This document shows, in pieces, positions 30,268 to 40,115 of a DNA stretch of 43,556 nucleotides (the first letter of the stretch is position 1; each line of letters starts with the position of its first letter). The notes below the pieces were generated by a model, which ran no database searches, had not been told where the DNA came from, and saw only the letters and a list, made by a program, of their open reading frames with translations. The stretch is from Promethearchaeota archaeon. Lineage in GTDB: Archaea > Asgardarchaeota > Lokiarchaeia > Sigyniarchaeales > SOKP01. The stretch is taken from positions 1-43,556 of the forward strand of contig JAEOTA010000002.1 in assembly GCA_016840085.1 (NCBI GenBank), written 5' to 3'. The position numbers and the translations under genes are program-made.

Positions 30268-31568
30268 ATGATAAGGGAAAAGAACTATATGAAGTGGTTA
30301 ATAATAAGATATGTCTTTTGAATGAAAAAGATACATTAGAAAATAAATTTGGGCGATTTTGGAAAATCGCTTGTAATTTGAAATCTAGACAACATGATTT
30401 AAGATATAATTATGCAGATTCAAGTCGTGAATTTGTAGAAAAATATAAAGATCGTCTAGTAAATTTGAGAGATGAATTTGTTAATAATATGGAGTATTAC
30501 GTAGAAAAATGCATAAAAGTAATGCGAGAAACAAATAATATGAGAGTTTATTACGCAAAAACTAACGAAGAAGCTCAAGAAATATTTTTGAAAGAACTTG
30601 GAGATAATAAAGTAATATACAAATCAAAATCTGTTGAAGCCAAGGATATCGGAATTATTGATGTACTAAAAAAAAATAAAATTAAGATTAAAGAAACAGA
30701 TCTGGGAGACGTTCTTGTTCAATTATTTGATTATATTCTCCCAAGTTTTCAAGTAGGTCCTGGAGCTCATTTTACTGTTGATGAAATTGTAGCAAAAATA
30801 AAAGAGGTACATGGTGTAGAGCTTGAACAAAAAGCAAGCGCGATTGTGGATTACTATAGAAAAACCTATCGTAGAGAGTTACTCAATGACGTTAAAGTAT
30901 CTCTTACCTCTGCTAATGCAATATCTGCAGAAGATGGTACAATTGTGCTAGGAGAAAATGAAGGAAACATAAGTTTATTAACAAGAGCAACTGAAAAGCA
31001 TATCGTCGTTTGTGGTATCACAAAAATTGTGCCTACTATTTTAGATGCAGTGCTTGTTGCTAAACTTCAAACAAGGATAAATAATGTGTCTTTCAACTAT
31101 ATTAGCCTTATTTCAGGACCGTCAAATACCTCTGACATCCAGGGTCAAAGCGTTATAGGAATGTACGGTGCTAAAGAAGTAGTGGTTATTCTTGTTGATG
31201 ATTGGCGTATGAAAGCTTTAAAAGAAAATCTTCTTTATAAAGAATTTTTAAAATGTATTGGTTGTAGAACGTGTAATTACGTTTGCACAGCATCAAGGGC
31301 TTTTGGCAATATATATGCATCAAAATATGGATTGGGAGCTACAGCAATTATTAGAGATTATATTCATAATGGAATTGAAGCTGCTGTGAAAGATGGATTG
31401 TTTCTGTGTACAGGTTGTGAGAATTGTTACCATTGGTGCCCGATATCTATAAATTTAGGCGAAATTATGAAATCTATCAAGAAAGAAGCCACTAGTATGG
31501 GCTTATGTCCGCCCCCTTTAAAGGAGTATCAACAAAAAATACTTAAAGAAAAGAATCCATTTAAATAA
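30264..31568 (+). CDS. LUD-domain Fe-S protein (LutB-like)
   Basis: KSKS, ETDLG, ENEGN, ISGPSNTSDI, two CxxCxxCxxxC motifs; overlaps the upstream stop. Confidence 0.88.
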   Translation: MNDKGKELYEVVNNKICLLNEKDTLENKFGRFWKIACNLKSRQHDLRYNYADSSREFVEKYKDRLVNLRDEFVNNMEYYVEKCIKVMRETNNMRVYYAKTNEEAQEIFLKELGDNKVIYKSKSVEAKDIGIIDVLKKNKIKIKETDLGDVLVQLFDYILPSFQVGPGAHFTVDEIVAKIKEVHGVELEQKASAIVDYYRKTYRRELLNDVKVSLTSANAISAEDGTIVLGENEGNISLLTRATEKHIVVCGITKIVPTILDAVLVAKLQTRINNVSFNYISLISGPSNTSDIQGQSVIGMYGAKEVVVILVDDWRMKALKENLLYKEFLKCIGCRTCNYVCTASRAFGNIYASKYGLGATAIIRDYIHNGIEAAVKDGLFLCTGCENCYHWCPISINLGEIMKSIKKEATSMGLCPPPLKEYQQKILKEKNPFK

Positions 31569-31606
31569 CTAATTCTATTTTCTTTTGAATTTAAGTGTAA
31601 AAAAAA

Positions 31607-32500
31607 TCATTTTGAACGGATTAAGATAAAATCCATCAAATTTCCAAATTTTTTAACATTATCGAATACTCGTGGGGATTTTTCTTTTAGATAATCTTGA
31701 AAGACCTCCCAATTATCTTTTTTATCTCCAGGAGCGTCAGCAATGAATTTTCTAGCAGCCTCAAAATAACTAGGATAAATCAATTCATCATTCATTCTGT
31801 TTGCATAATCAGACATAAGAAACAAATAATAATCATTCAATTCTTCAGGATCTAATACGCCTGGAGGTTTATTTCCATCACCTGCTCTTCGACCTCTTAG
31901 CAGTTTAGTATCAACTTGAGTTGGGAGTATCATATTTACAATTATATTTTCTCTTTTATATTCCGTAGCTAATTCCTTTTGCAACCCTACTACACCATAT
32001 TTTGATGCTGTATAGGAAGAAAATCTACCCATTACAGAAGGATATACAGCACTACCAGTTATTATAAATCTTGCTTTGTTATTTTTATCATCCTTCTTTA
32101 AATATGGATATGCAGCTCTAAATGTATAAAAAACGCCTAAAATATTAGCATTAATGACCATCGCGAATTTTTCTGGAGGTACTTCGTGAGCACTCGCCAT
32201 CCAGGACGCGCCAGCATTAGCAATTACTCCATTTAATAATCCCAATTCCTCATGAAATACTCTAAAGATCTCTTCAACTTCCTCATATTTCGTAATATCA
32301 CCATTTTGTACCACCACTTTAACTCCAGTTCCTAACTCTTCAGTTTCTCTTTTCACATTATTCAATTGTTCTAAAGTTCGTGAAGTTAATCCAATATTTG
32401 CTCCTTCTTTAGCACACGCTAGTGCTATAGCTCTACCAAGCCCTCTACCTGAGCCTGTAATCGCAATATTTTTACCTTTTAACAACATGATATATTTCAA
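31607..32500 (-). CDS. Short-chain dehydrogenase/reductase
   Basis: TGSGRGLG, ANAG, YTASK. Confidence 0.92.
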   Translation of the reverse strand: MKYIMLLKGKNIAITGSGRGLGRAIALACAKEGANIGLTSRTLEQLNNVKRETEELGTGVKVVVQNGDITKYEEVEEIFRVFHEELGLLNGVIANAGASWMASAHEVPPEKFAMVINANILGVFYTFRAAYPYLKKDDKNNKARFIITGSAVYPSVMGRFSSYTASKYGVVGLQKELATEYKRENIIVNMILPTQVDTKLLRGRRAGDGNKPPGVLDPEELNDYYLFLMSDYANRMNDELIYPSYFEAARKFIADAPGDKKDNWEVFQDYLKEKSPRVFDNVKKFGNLMDFILIRSK

Positions 32501-32571
32501 AATTATAATTTGAATTATTATATTAATTTATTAAAAAAGCATAACATATTTTAAATTTTAAGAAGCTTTAA

Positions 32572-32805
32572 ATGCTTAAGGAACATATCAAAAATACTGA
32601 AGAACTTAAGAAGATATACTCTATTCTCGAAGATTTGGAAGCACTTCATTCCAAATTACATAATTCTTTATTATATGACCTTATTTCTAGGGATTTTTGG
32701 GCTATTATGGAATTGTTTTATAGAGAAAGAGAGCAATTAGAGAGGAGGAATTACTTGATTATTAGGAAAATAGGGAGACTTAATATTAAGAGGGAGAGAA
32801 TATAA
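32572..32805 (+). CDS. Hypothetical small helical protein
   Basis: 77-aa ORF filling the gap between two genes; no motif. Confidence 0.45.
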   Translation: MLKEHIKNTEELKKIYSILEDLEALHSKLHNSLLYDLISRDFWAIMELFYREREQLERRNYLIIRKIGRLNIKRERI

Positions 32806-32869
32806 GGCTAATAATGAATATACTAAATCGTTTTTTTTACTCTATCTGTTTGTAATAGATTAGATAGCT

Positions 32870-34003
32870 TTAAGAGATTAGATAGCTTTCCGAGATCGCC
32901 GAACAACCTCCACATCTTACGCATCCTGCCCTATTTTTTAAAGGATTTACTCCGTATTGTTTCATTAATATACCAGTTCTAAGATAAATATCTAATAATT
33001 TTTCATAATCTGTTATAGGAAGATCTCTTTTGCCAGGAATTGATCTTACAGGTGTGATGTAAGGAATTACTCCTAATGAAATAACTCTTTCTACAGCATC
33101 TACAAATTCGTTTCTACTTTCACCAAATCCCGTTAAAATGTAAGTACTTACTTGGTTATCACCAAAAACCTCAACAGCATGTTTCCAATTCTTTTTATAT
33201 AACTCATAAGAGAGGTGAGCTTTTCCAGGAGTAATCTTTTTCCTAATTTTTTCATCTAAGACTTCAATATGGATGCCAATTGTATCTGCTCCCGCTTCCT
33301 TTAACTTATCAATATACCGCACATCTTCTAATGCCTCAATCTGTACGTGTAAAGGTATATCAGGATGATTTTCTTTTACTCCTTTTAATAATTCAATATA
33401 ACGATTCGCTCCTTTATCAACGCTTTCCTCAGTTCCACTAGTTAAAGTCATATGGGAGCACCTCCCTTCTTTCGTAGCAGCTGAGATAACTTCTGACATT
33501 TGAATATAGTTTTTTTCTGCTATTGTTGTGTTGTAGGTTAAACTTAATTCAATACCACAGAACTCACAGGCTTCTCCGCATGCCCAATATATACATTTTT
33601 GGTAAATTGTACTAGCTAAACAGTCTACTCCATGGACTAAAGCAATCTTTTTCATTTCAATTCCATCAGAAGTCGTAAGATTATAAAATTGAGGCTTTTC
33701 TACGAGTTTCAATCTACCAAAATACACTCCTTTATTCTCATCATATATATCAAAAAACCCATCTTTTTTCTCTCCTAATCTTAGATTTGTTTTCTGTGGA
33801 TTATTCCAAAGTGCGACATTTATTAATGTTATACCATCCTCTAATAAGAAATATCTCCCGCCTAAAGGTCCTGCACCACCTTTTCTACCAAAATCAATTT
33901 CTATTCCTTGTGATTTGTAATGATCGATTAACACTTCATCTAAATACAATCCATTGCAGAGTAATTCTGTTTTCTTTTCAAAGGCAGTTTGAATATTGAT
34001 CAT
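32870..34003 (-). CDS. Radical SAM protein, MSMEG_0568-like
   Basis: RKGGAGP, KIALVHG..LAST, CGEACEFC, C-terminal AGCVRCGGCS. Confidence 0.8.
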   Translation of the reverse strand: MINIQTAFEKKTELLCNGLYLDEVLIDHYKSQGIEIDFGRKGGAGPLGGRYFLLEDGITLINVALWNNPQKTNLRLGEKKDGFFDIYDENKGVYFGRLKLVEKPQFYNLTTSDGIEMKKIALVHGVDCLASTIYQKCIYWACGEACEFCGIELSLTYNTTIAEKNYIQMSEVISAATKEGRCSHMTLTSGTEESVDKGANRYIELLKGVKENHPDIPLHVQIEALEDVRYIDKLKEAGADTIGIHIEVLDEKIRKKITPGKAHLSYELYKKNWKHAVEVFGDNQVSTYILTGFGESRNEFVDAVERVISLGVIPYITPVRSIPGKRDLPITDYEKLLDIYLRTGILMKQYGVNPLKNRAGCVRCGGCSAISESYLIS

Positions 34004-34197
34004 GTTTTTTACAAATTCAAAAAATGAAGTCCTAAATCTCTTAATTTAATAAATATTAAATTTATTTAATTTTAATTATTATTAAATCTTACAATAGAGG
34101 GTCAAAAAATTTATTAGAAATAAGTTATTTATGTTCTTAATCATTAATTTGTATTTTTAAATTTACCTATTATTTTAAATGAAAAAGGTGCATTAAT

Positions 34198-34830
34198 ATC
34201 GCTCATAAACGTCCGTGGCATTGCTACTCGAAATGGACTCGTAGACCGTATCAATATAAGAGATCTTCTAATCGTAGACGAGAATATGCTAGAGGGGGTG
34301 CCCAAAGTAAGATAGTCAGATACTGGGGAGGAAATAAATCAATTCAATGGGAAGATTGGGACTTAACAGTATCGCTCAAATGTAATAACCAAGTTCAAAT
34401 TTCATCAAACACACTTGAAGCAATTAGAATTACAGTAAACGGTGTTCTTACACGTAAATTAGGTAGACAAAATTATCGCCTTCGAGTACGTCCAAAACCA
34501 TTTCAAAAAATAAGAGAGAATCGTATGCTAGCATTTGCTGGAGCGGATCGTGTGCAATCAGGTATGAGAAACTCTTTTGGAAGGTCAACCGGAGTTTGTG
34601 CGCGAGTAAGAGCAGGACAAATAATTATGGATGTAGGCACTTATATAAGAGATCTTCCATTAGTAAGAGATAGACTTAGAGTAGCTTCAATGAAAGTGCC
34701 AAGTTCATGCCAAATTGTAATTACTAAGTATAAAACTCCAGAGCTTTTAAAACAGTCAGGTTTACCATTGTATGATGATAAAAAAAGAAGAGAAATCCCT
34801 CTTTATGAATTACAATTTGCTGAGACCTAA
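34198..34830 (+). CDS. rpl10e: 50S ribosomal protein uL16 (L10e), apparent ATC start
   Basis: The frame runs from ATC 34198: (M)AHKRPWHCY...REYARG...LEAIRI...RENRMLAFAGADRVQSGMRNSFG. The ORF track shows only the C-half. Confidence 0.93.
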   Translation: MAHKRPWHCYSKWTRRPYQYKRSSNRRREYARGGAQSKIVRYWGGNKSIQWEDWDLTVSLKCNNQVQISSNTLEAIRITVNGVLTRKLGRQNYRLRVRPKPFQKIRENRMLAFAGADRVQSGMRNSFGRSTGVCARVRAGQIIMDVGTYIRDLPLVRDRLRVASMKVPSSCQIVITKYKTPELLKQSGLPLYDDKKRREIPLYELQFAET

Positions 34831-34856
34831 ATTAATGAACAAAAGCAATAAGTTAA

Positions 34857-35729
34857 TTATTCTTTCTCTAATTCAAGATTTTCTTCTGACTTTTTGAATA
34901 TATTCATTAAGAAAATCCCTACTACAATTAACGCTACAGAAAGTATTAGGCCTATTGATACTGTTGCATTTTTAATTGTAATAAGTTCAAATACTATAGG
35001 TGTAATAATATAAAGTGAATTATACATTGGCACTAATTTTGAAGCATCTGCTCCTTTAGCAAACCCTACTTGAGTAAGTATTAATGCTAAAAAACCAAGA
35101 AAGAAACTAATTAAAAAAATAATGCTAAGCAGTTCTCCTCGAAAAATCCCCGCAAAAGCTTCAATAAAATTACTTGAACTTAATCCCATTCTTTTAAAAA
35201 CATTATCAATTCCTCCAAGTGCTCCTGCAACTGCGCCAAAAATAAAGGCAATACCTAATTTCGTTTTCCAAGAAAAACTGATAAGGATTGAGAAAACAAT
35301 TGCAGTGATAATAAGAATGATGAAAAAATTAGGATAGACAATCGCCCCGGTTTCAGGAGGGTCTATAATATAAAGAATTCCAACAAAGGTTGTTCCAAAA
35401 ATGATTAATATGGCTCCTATTAATTCTTGTGTAATTATATCCTCATGTAATATGTAATGTGAATAGAACATTAGTAGAATCAAACCTAAACCAAAAACAC
35501 TTGAAAAAACTGCTGCTGAAGCAAACGTTGTTCCTATAATTTGCCAAACAACTATTGTATTATTTAAAGCAAACCCAATAATGTAAATTAAAGGTTTTTT
35601 CCCTTTTTCTTTAAAGGTTTTTTTTCTAGAAAAGATTTCTATCCCATGCCTTTCCATAGCTTTTGCTAAATGAAGTATCATGGTACTTATAATCCCAAAT
35701 ATCAACCCTAAAATAATTATTTCTGCCAT
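34857..35729 (-). CDS. DMT-superfamily (EamA/NIPA-like) membrane protein
   Basis: About 9 hydrophobic segments; SHYILHE..ELIGAILII.G pattern. Confidence 0.7.
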   Translation of the reverse strand: MAEIIILGLIFGIISTMILHLAKAMERHGIEIFSRKKTFKEKGKKPLIYIIGFALNNTIVVWQIIGTTFASAAVFSSVFGLGLILLMFYSHYILHEDIITQELIGAILIIFGTTFVGILYIIDPPETGAIVYPNFFIILIITAIVFSILISFSWKTKLGIAFIFGAVAGALGGIDNVFKRMGLSSSNFIEAFAGIFRGELLSIIFLISFFLGFLALILTQVGFAKGADASKLVPMYNSLYIITPIVFELITIKNATVSIGLILSVALIVVGIFLMNIFKKSEENLELEKE

Positions 35730-35774
35730 AGCAAACCCAAATTTAAAGCAATGCTTATTTTTTATTTGAAATGC

Positions 35775-35909
35775 TCAAATAATCGAATATACAAACGTGA
35801 AAAAATGCGAACCATAATGGAAAAAGAAGGAATAAAATGTATTTGTAGCTAACGTATTGAATTCTGAATTATTATTTAAATTTTGTGTCTCTTCGTTATA
35901 GAGCTCCAT
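35775..35909 (-). pseudogene. Possible N-terminal remnant of a polysaccharide flippase-like membrane protein
   Basis: MELYNEE...LATNTFYSFFFHYGSHFFTFVYSII* resembles the first TM of MOP/Wzx flippases. Confidence 0.3.
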
Positions 35910-36253
35910 TGTTGAAATTAATTTAGATTTTAATTTTAAATATGAATATATTAAGTAAGCTTAAAAAACGATCTAATTTTCATAAATTTTTTTAAGATCT
36001 TCTTAAATTTTAACGATTTTCACCATTACTTAAATTTCTTTTTAAATTATTTCATGATCTTTAAAATTTTGTTTAATTGAATCTGTTCTGTCAGCCTCAT
36101 TCCCATACTATTAAAGGAAAATATCAGATTTAAATGAAAAGAGGCAGAAGATTTATGATTAATAAAAGAGAATTTAAAATGGAAGGAAATTAAAAATACT
36201 TCTCATACATAGAATATTTATTAAGATTGTTCACTTTACTAAATTAGAACATC

Positions 36254-37603
36254 TTGAAAAATCTCGAGCCTTTCTTTAATCCCAAAAGCATTTTAATAGT
36301 AGGTGTATCACGAAAAGCCTATACATTTAATTATACTATCTTAAAGAATCTTTTAGAGATTTTTTATCGAGGTACCATCTATGTGATTAATCCGAACGCG
36401 GATGAGATATTGGGCGTGAAATCTTATCATTCCTTGGAGGATCTCCCCGAAGTACCCGAGTTAGGAGTAATTGTATTGGGCAATCAAGTTGCAACAATCT
36501 TTGAGAAACTAGCCAAATTTGGAGTAAAAAATATAGCGATAGAATCTGAATTACGAGTTGATACTGAAGATGTATTGTTATTAGAAACTTTAAATCAAAT
36601 TAGCGAACAATATGGAGTTTCTTACTGTGGGCCTTCAATGTTAGGAATTATCAACTTTATTAACAATTTCACAACTTCAATTATCCCTGTAAGGCAATAT
36701 CTCATGCAAAAACATAGAAAAATTAAGGAAGGTGTTAGCTTCATAGCACAATCTGGTGGTTTAGCGGGGGCTATGGGATGGTGGGCACCTTCTCAGGAGA
36801 TCCCTGTTTCTAAAGTCATTCATTTAGGATATGGATTTGATATTAATGACGCAGATGTTTTAAGATATTTTAAAGAAGATATTACTACAAAAGTAATATT
36901 GGTTTTTTTAAGAGAAATAACAGATGCTATTATCGAGGCTGTAAGAGAGATAACCCCAATCAAACCAATTTTATTCTTTTATGTGGGAAAGGATATAAAA
37001 AAAGAAGAACAGTTAAAAAACGCAGGGGGAATTTGTGTATCAAACTATATTGAATTATTCGAATTCGCTAAAATTTTTCTATGGTGTCCAGAACCGAAAG
37101 GTCCAAATTTAGGAATAATTGGTCCCAGTTCTGGAGCCATATATATAATTGTAAAAGAAATGAGAAAGCAAGGGCTCTCTCTAGCAAAATTAACTAATGA
37201 GCATAAAGATATCATTCTTGATAAGGTTGGAGGTTCTACTTGTACTTTAGGTAACCCTGTTGATTATTGGCCTCCAGAAAGGTTTGTAGGTACTAAAATT
37301 TGCGAAATATATAATACATCTTCTAAAACTTTATTACAAGATGATTCGGTAGATGGATTAATCTTAGCATTAGAGTTTTTTATTGAAATAGAATTTGATT
37401 TTAATATTTTTCATAAAATTAAAAAATCATTTCCAAATAAACCGATTGTTACTGTATTAATTCAAGCAGAACGTGAGGGGGCTAAAAGAGTTGTAAAATC
37501 CGCTTCTGAACTTAAAATACCTGTTTTTGAAAATGAGGTAGAACGAGCTGTTCGCGGTTATAAATTACTTTATGATTGGTATTCAAAAATAAAAAAGAAA
37601 TAA
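36254..37603 (+). CDS. CoA-binding protein, NDP-forming acyl-CoA synthetase alpha-subunit-like, lacking the phospho-His loop
   Basis: FFNPKSILIVGVS, INP, GPSMLG, SFIAQSGG, GNPVD. No SHTG motif. Confidence 0.85.
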   Translation: MKNLEPFFNPKSILIVGVSRKAYTFNYTILKNLLEIFYRGTIYVINPNADEILGVKSYHSLEDLPEVPELGVIVLGNQVATIFEKLAKFGVKNIAIESELRVDTEDVLLLETLNQISEQYGVSYCGPSMLGIINFINNFTTSIIPVRQYLMQKHRKIKEGVSFIAQSGGLAGAMGWWAPSQEIPVSKVIHLGYGFDINDADVLRYFKEDITTKVILVFLREITDAIIEAVREITPIKPILFFYVGKDIKKEEQLKNAGGICVSNYIELFEFAKIFLWCPEPKGPNLGIIGPSSGAIYIIVKEMRKQGLSLAKLTNEHKDIILDKVGGSTCTLGNPVDYWPPERFVGTKICEIYNTSSKTLLQDDSVDGLILALEFFIEIEFDFNIFHKIKKSFPNKPIVTVLIQAEREGAKRVVKSASELKIPVFENEVERAVRGYKLLYDWYSKIKKK

Positions 37604-37607
37604 ATAT

Positions 37608-38861
37608 TTAACTTAAGAAAATATCTTTCAATTCTTCAGGAATTTCATCAGATTCATCCATCAAAGACAAGGCGTAAATTGTTTCACCACATTTGCATTC
37701 TTTACCTTCAAATAAGTAGAATTTAAATTGATTTTTCCAGTCACAGATTTGTATATTAGTGATTTCAACAACCTCACCGCACACACAATAAATTGCCAGA
37801 GTTTCAGAATAATTGGGGATAATCGTTTTAAAATCATAAGGAGCTTTACTGAACTCAGACTCATTTAACCTCTTGTTAATTTTTTCTGCTTGTGCATCTT
37901 TAAGAGTTGGGACGAAATAAGTAATAACTCCCGCTGATCCTTTCATTTCAGTAAGCACAATAAAATTCTTTTCAGGTCTTTCTTTTTTTTCCGGAAATAA
38001 TGGTTGTTGATATTGCAATAGTTGCTCAGGGATTGGAAATGGTTCCATATCGGGAGGATATTCAAAAGTGTAGAAATATTGCATAGTTCCTCTTACATTT
38101 CTTTGATTTAGTAAACTAAGATTCTCATAATCCCTACTATGCAACATGAATTTTATTAATTGCAGCGGTACTTTCAACTCTAAAAGACGAGATCTAACAT
38201 TATTTAAAATTTCTCCAGCATAAGTCTTTAGAATCATTATTTCTTCCCGATTTTCTGAGTAAATCTGATTTTTATTCTGGTCTTTAAATGCAAACCATTT
38301 TTTAACGACTGCTCCTTTAATCAATTGAGGAACCATACAAAAAACACACAGAATTGGAAAAAGGAAGAAATAATTGATAGGTAAGAATGCTAATGCAAAA
38401 ATTACGACAAATAAGGGGAGAGTTATTATTAAAGTTAATTTACGTAAGCGCTTATCCATTGAACTCTTTATTCCCTTACTAAAAGCTAACTCTTCCGCTT
38501 TTGATTTCAAATTTTCAATAATCCCCGTAATGTTCTTTGATTCGAAACTCTGCTTTAACAAGATGTCCTCTTCTCTTCCCGTACTAAATGTATCGATATG
38601 TGTAGTTATCTGAGATAAATATTGTCTTATAGAATTGTCCTTAAATATGAAATCTAAGGTTTCCTCTCCAAAATAATCAAGAAAGCGAACTATGAAAAGC
38701 TTTTTCTCAACATTCTGAATTTCCATTGGTTCTAAGCCAAGAACTTCTTGTATAATTTGACCTTGGGTCTTTCTCACTCGTTTCGGTGATTTTTTATCTT
38801 CTTTTTCTTGCTCTTCCGATCTTTCTATTTCCGTAGTTTTGTCATCCTTAACTTCATTCAT
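37608..38861 (-). CDS. Membrane protein (2 TM) with C-terminal zinc ribbon
   Basis: Central hydrophobic hairpin; CVCG...CKCG. Confidence 0.75.
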   Translation of the reverse strand: MNEVKDDKTTEIERSEEQEKEDKKSPKRVRKTQGQIIQEVLGLEPMEIQNVEKKLFIVRFLDYFGEETLDFIFKDNSIRQYLSQITTHIDTFSTGREEDILLKQSFESKNITGIIENLKSKAEELAFSKGIKSSMDKRLRKLTLIITLPLFVVIFALAFLPINYFFLFPILCVFCMVPQLIKGAVVKKWFAFKDQNKNQIYSENREEIMILKTYAGEILNNVRSRLLELKVPLQLIKFMLHSRDYENLSLLNQRNVRGTMQYFYTFEYPPDMEPFPIPEQLLQYQQPLFPEKKERPEKNFIVLTEMKGSAGVITYFVPTLKDAQAEKINKRLNESEFSKAPYDFKTIIPNYSETLAIYCVCGEVVEITNIQICDWKNQFKFYLFEGKECKCGETIYALSLMDESDEIPEELKDIFLS

Positions 38862-38957
38862 ACTTTTCTCAAAGCTTCAGTTTTTTAATATAACGTAAGT
38901 AATTATTTACAGATAATTAACTTTTTGGAAAAAAAAAAATCATGAAATTAAATTTGA

Positions 38958-39197
38958 AATTTAGAACTTGGAAATGAATATTACATATTATCTGAAATTA
39001 GATTATATTTTGGAAAATTATTTGTTAATAAAGTCAATTTAATCGAAGAAGATAATCTATATCACTCGCAAATTCAAAAAATTGTACATAATAATAATTT
39101 TCTTGGCTATTATATTACTTCTGCAAAGTCAGGACAAGGAGTTTATAAGGCATTTAATGCAATCATTGAGAAATTATACCATGATTTAATACGTTAA
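38958..39197 (+). pseudogene. C-terminal remnant of a Ras-superfamily small GTPase
   Basis: LFVNKVNL (G4-like)...GYYITSAKSGQGVYKAFNAII (G5). No start codon and no G1-G3. Confidence 0.75.
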
Positions 39198-39264
39198 AAA
39201 ATAGAATTGAAATTAAAAAGAAAAAAGAATAATCGAAATAACTCTTGAAAATGGCTCAGTTCTA

Positions 39265-39510
39265 TTAGTAAGGAACGCTTACAACTTCTTTAACTTCTGG
39301 AACAAATTGTTTTAGAGCCCTTTCGATTCCAAGCTTTACAGTTTGTTGACTGTAGGGGCAACCCGCGCAATGTCCCATTAATCGAACTTTAACAGTTCCA
39401 TCTTCAGCAATCTCGACTAGCTCCACATCTCCACCATCCATCTGGAGCTGTGGCCGAATTTTATCTAAAACCTTTTTTACTTTATCTTTATCCAAATTCG
39501 ATTCACTCAA
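39265..39510 (-). CDS. NifU/NfuA-like Fe-S carrier protein
   Basis: IRPQLQMDGGDVEL, GHCAGCP. Confidence 0.93.
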   Translation of the reverse strand: MSESNLDKDKVKKVLDKIRPQLQMDGGDVELVEIAEDGTVKVRLMGHCAGCPYSQQTVKLGIERALKQFVPEVKEVVSVPY

Positions 39511-39593
39511 TAATATTATTTACTTAATAAAATAAAGGCAAATTAGCTTTTAAAGGATTCTTTTTATATTTTATTAATATTTATTCATAATCG

Positions 39594-39774
39594 TTAATTT
39601 TGCCAAAGTATTTTGATTTTTTTTTTATAGATTAAAGTGAATTTTATAAAACAGCTAAGAGAAGCATAAAAATATCCATTTGAAAATAATAGTTCTAAAT
39701 ATTGATGTAATTTTATGATAATCATAATGGAAATAAAATAAAACCTGAGCATCAATAACTACTTTTTCATTCAT
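39594..39774 (-). pseudogene. Degenerate PIN-domain (VapC-like) remnant
   Basis: ATG 39774 gives MNEKVVIDAQVLFY (PIN first strand with Asp). A separate frame ends ...IKILWQN*. Confidence 0.45.
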
Positions 39775-39799
39775 TTTATATTAAGAATTAATTTTCTAA

Positions 39800-39965
39800 T
39801 TACTCATCACTAGGAAATAACGATTTTTTTGCTTTTTCTAATTCATCCTCTGTAAAGGGAGAAACACCTTCAAATAAATTATCTTCAATCTCAAGAGGAT
39901 GTATCTTTTTTTTGATTAAAATAGTCTTATCGTCCTTCAATTCAAGCTCAACCTCATTTTTTAAG
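39800..39965 (-). pseudogene. 5'-truncated AbrB/MazE-like antitoxin remnant
   Basis: KNEVELELKDDKTILIKKK...FTEDELEKAKKSLFPSDE*, directly upstream of the PIN remnant. Confidence 0.5.
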
Positions 39966-40115
39966 AAGAATATAGGATAATTAGATATATAATATTTCTG
40001 TAGAGTATTTATTGATTCGAATTTACAATAATTTGCTCAAAAAACTGTTTAAAAAAAATATACTATTTTAAAATAAAGGGAGTTTTATGGAAGAGCTACA
40101 TGAAGCTTAAAACTA

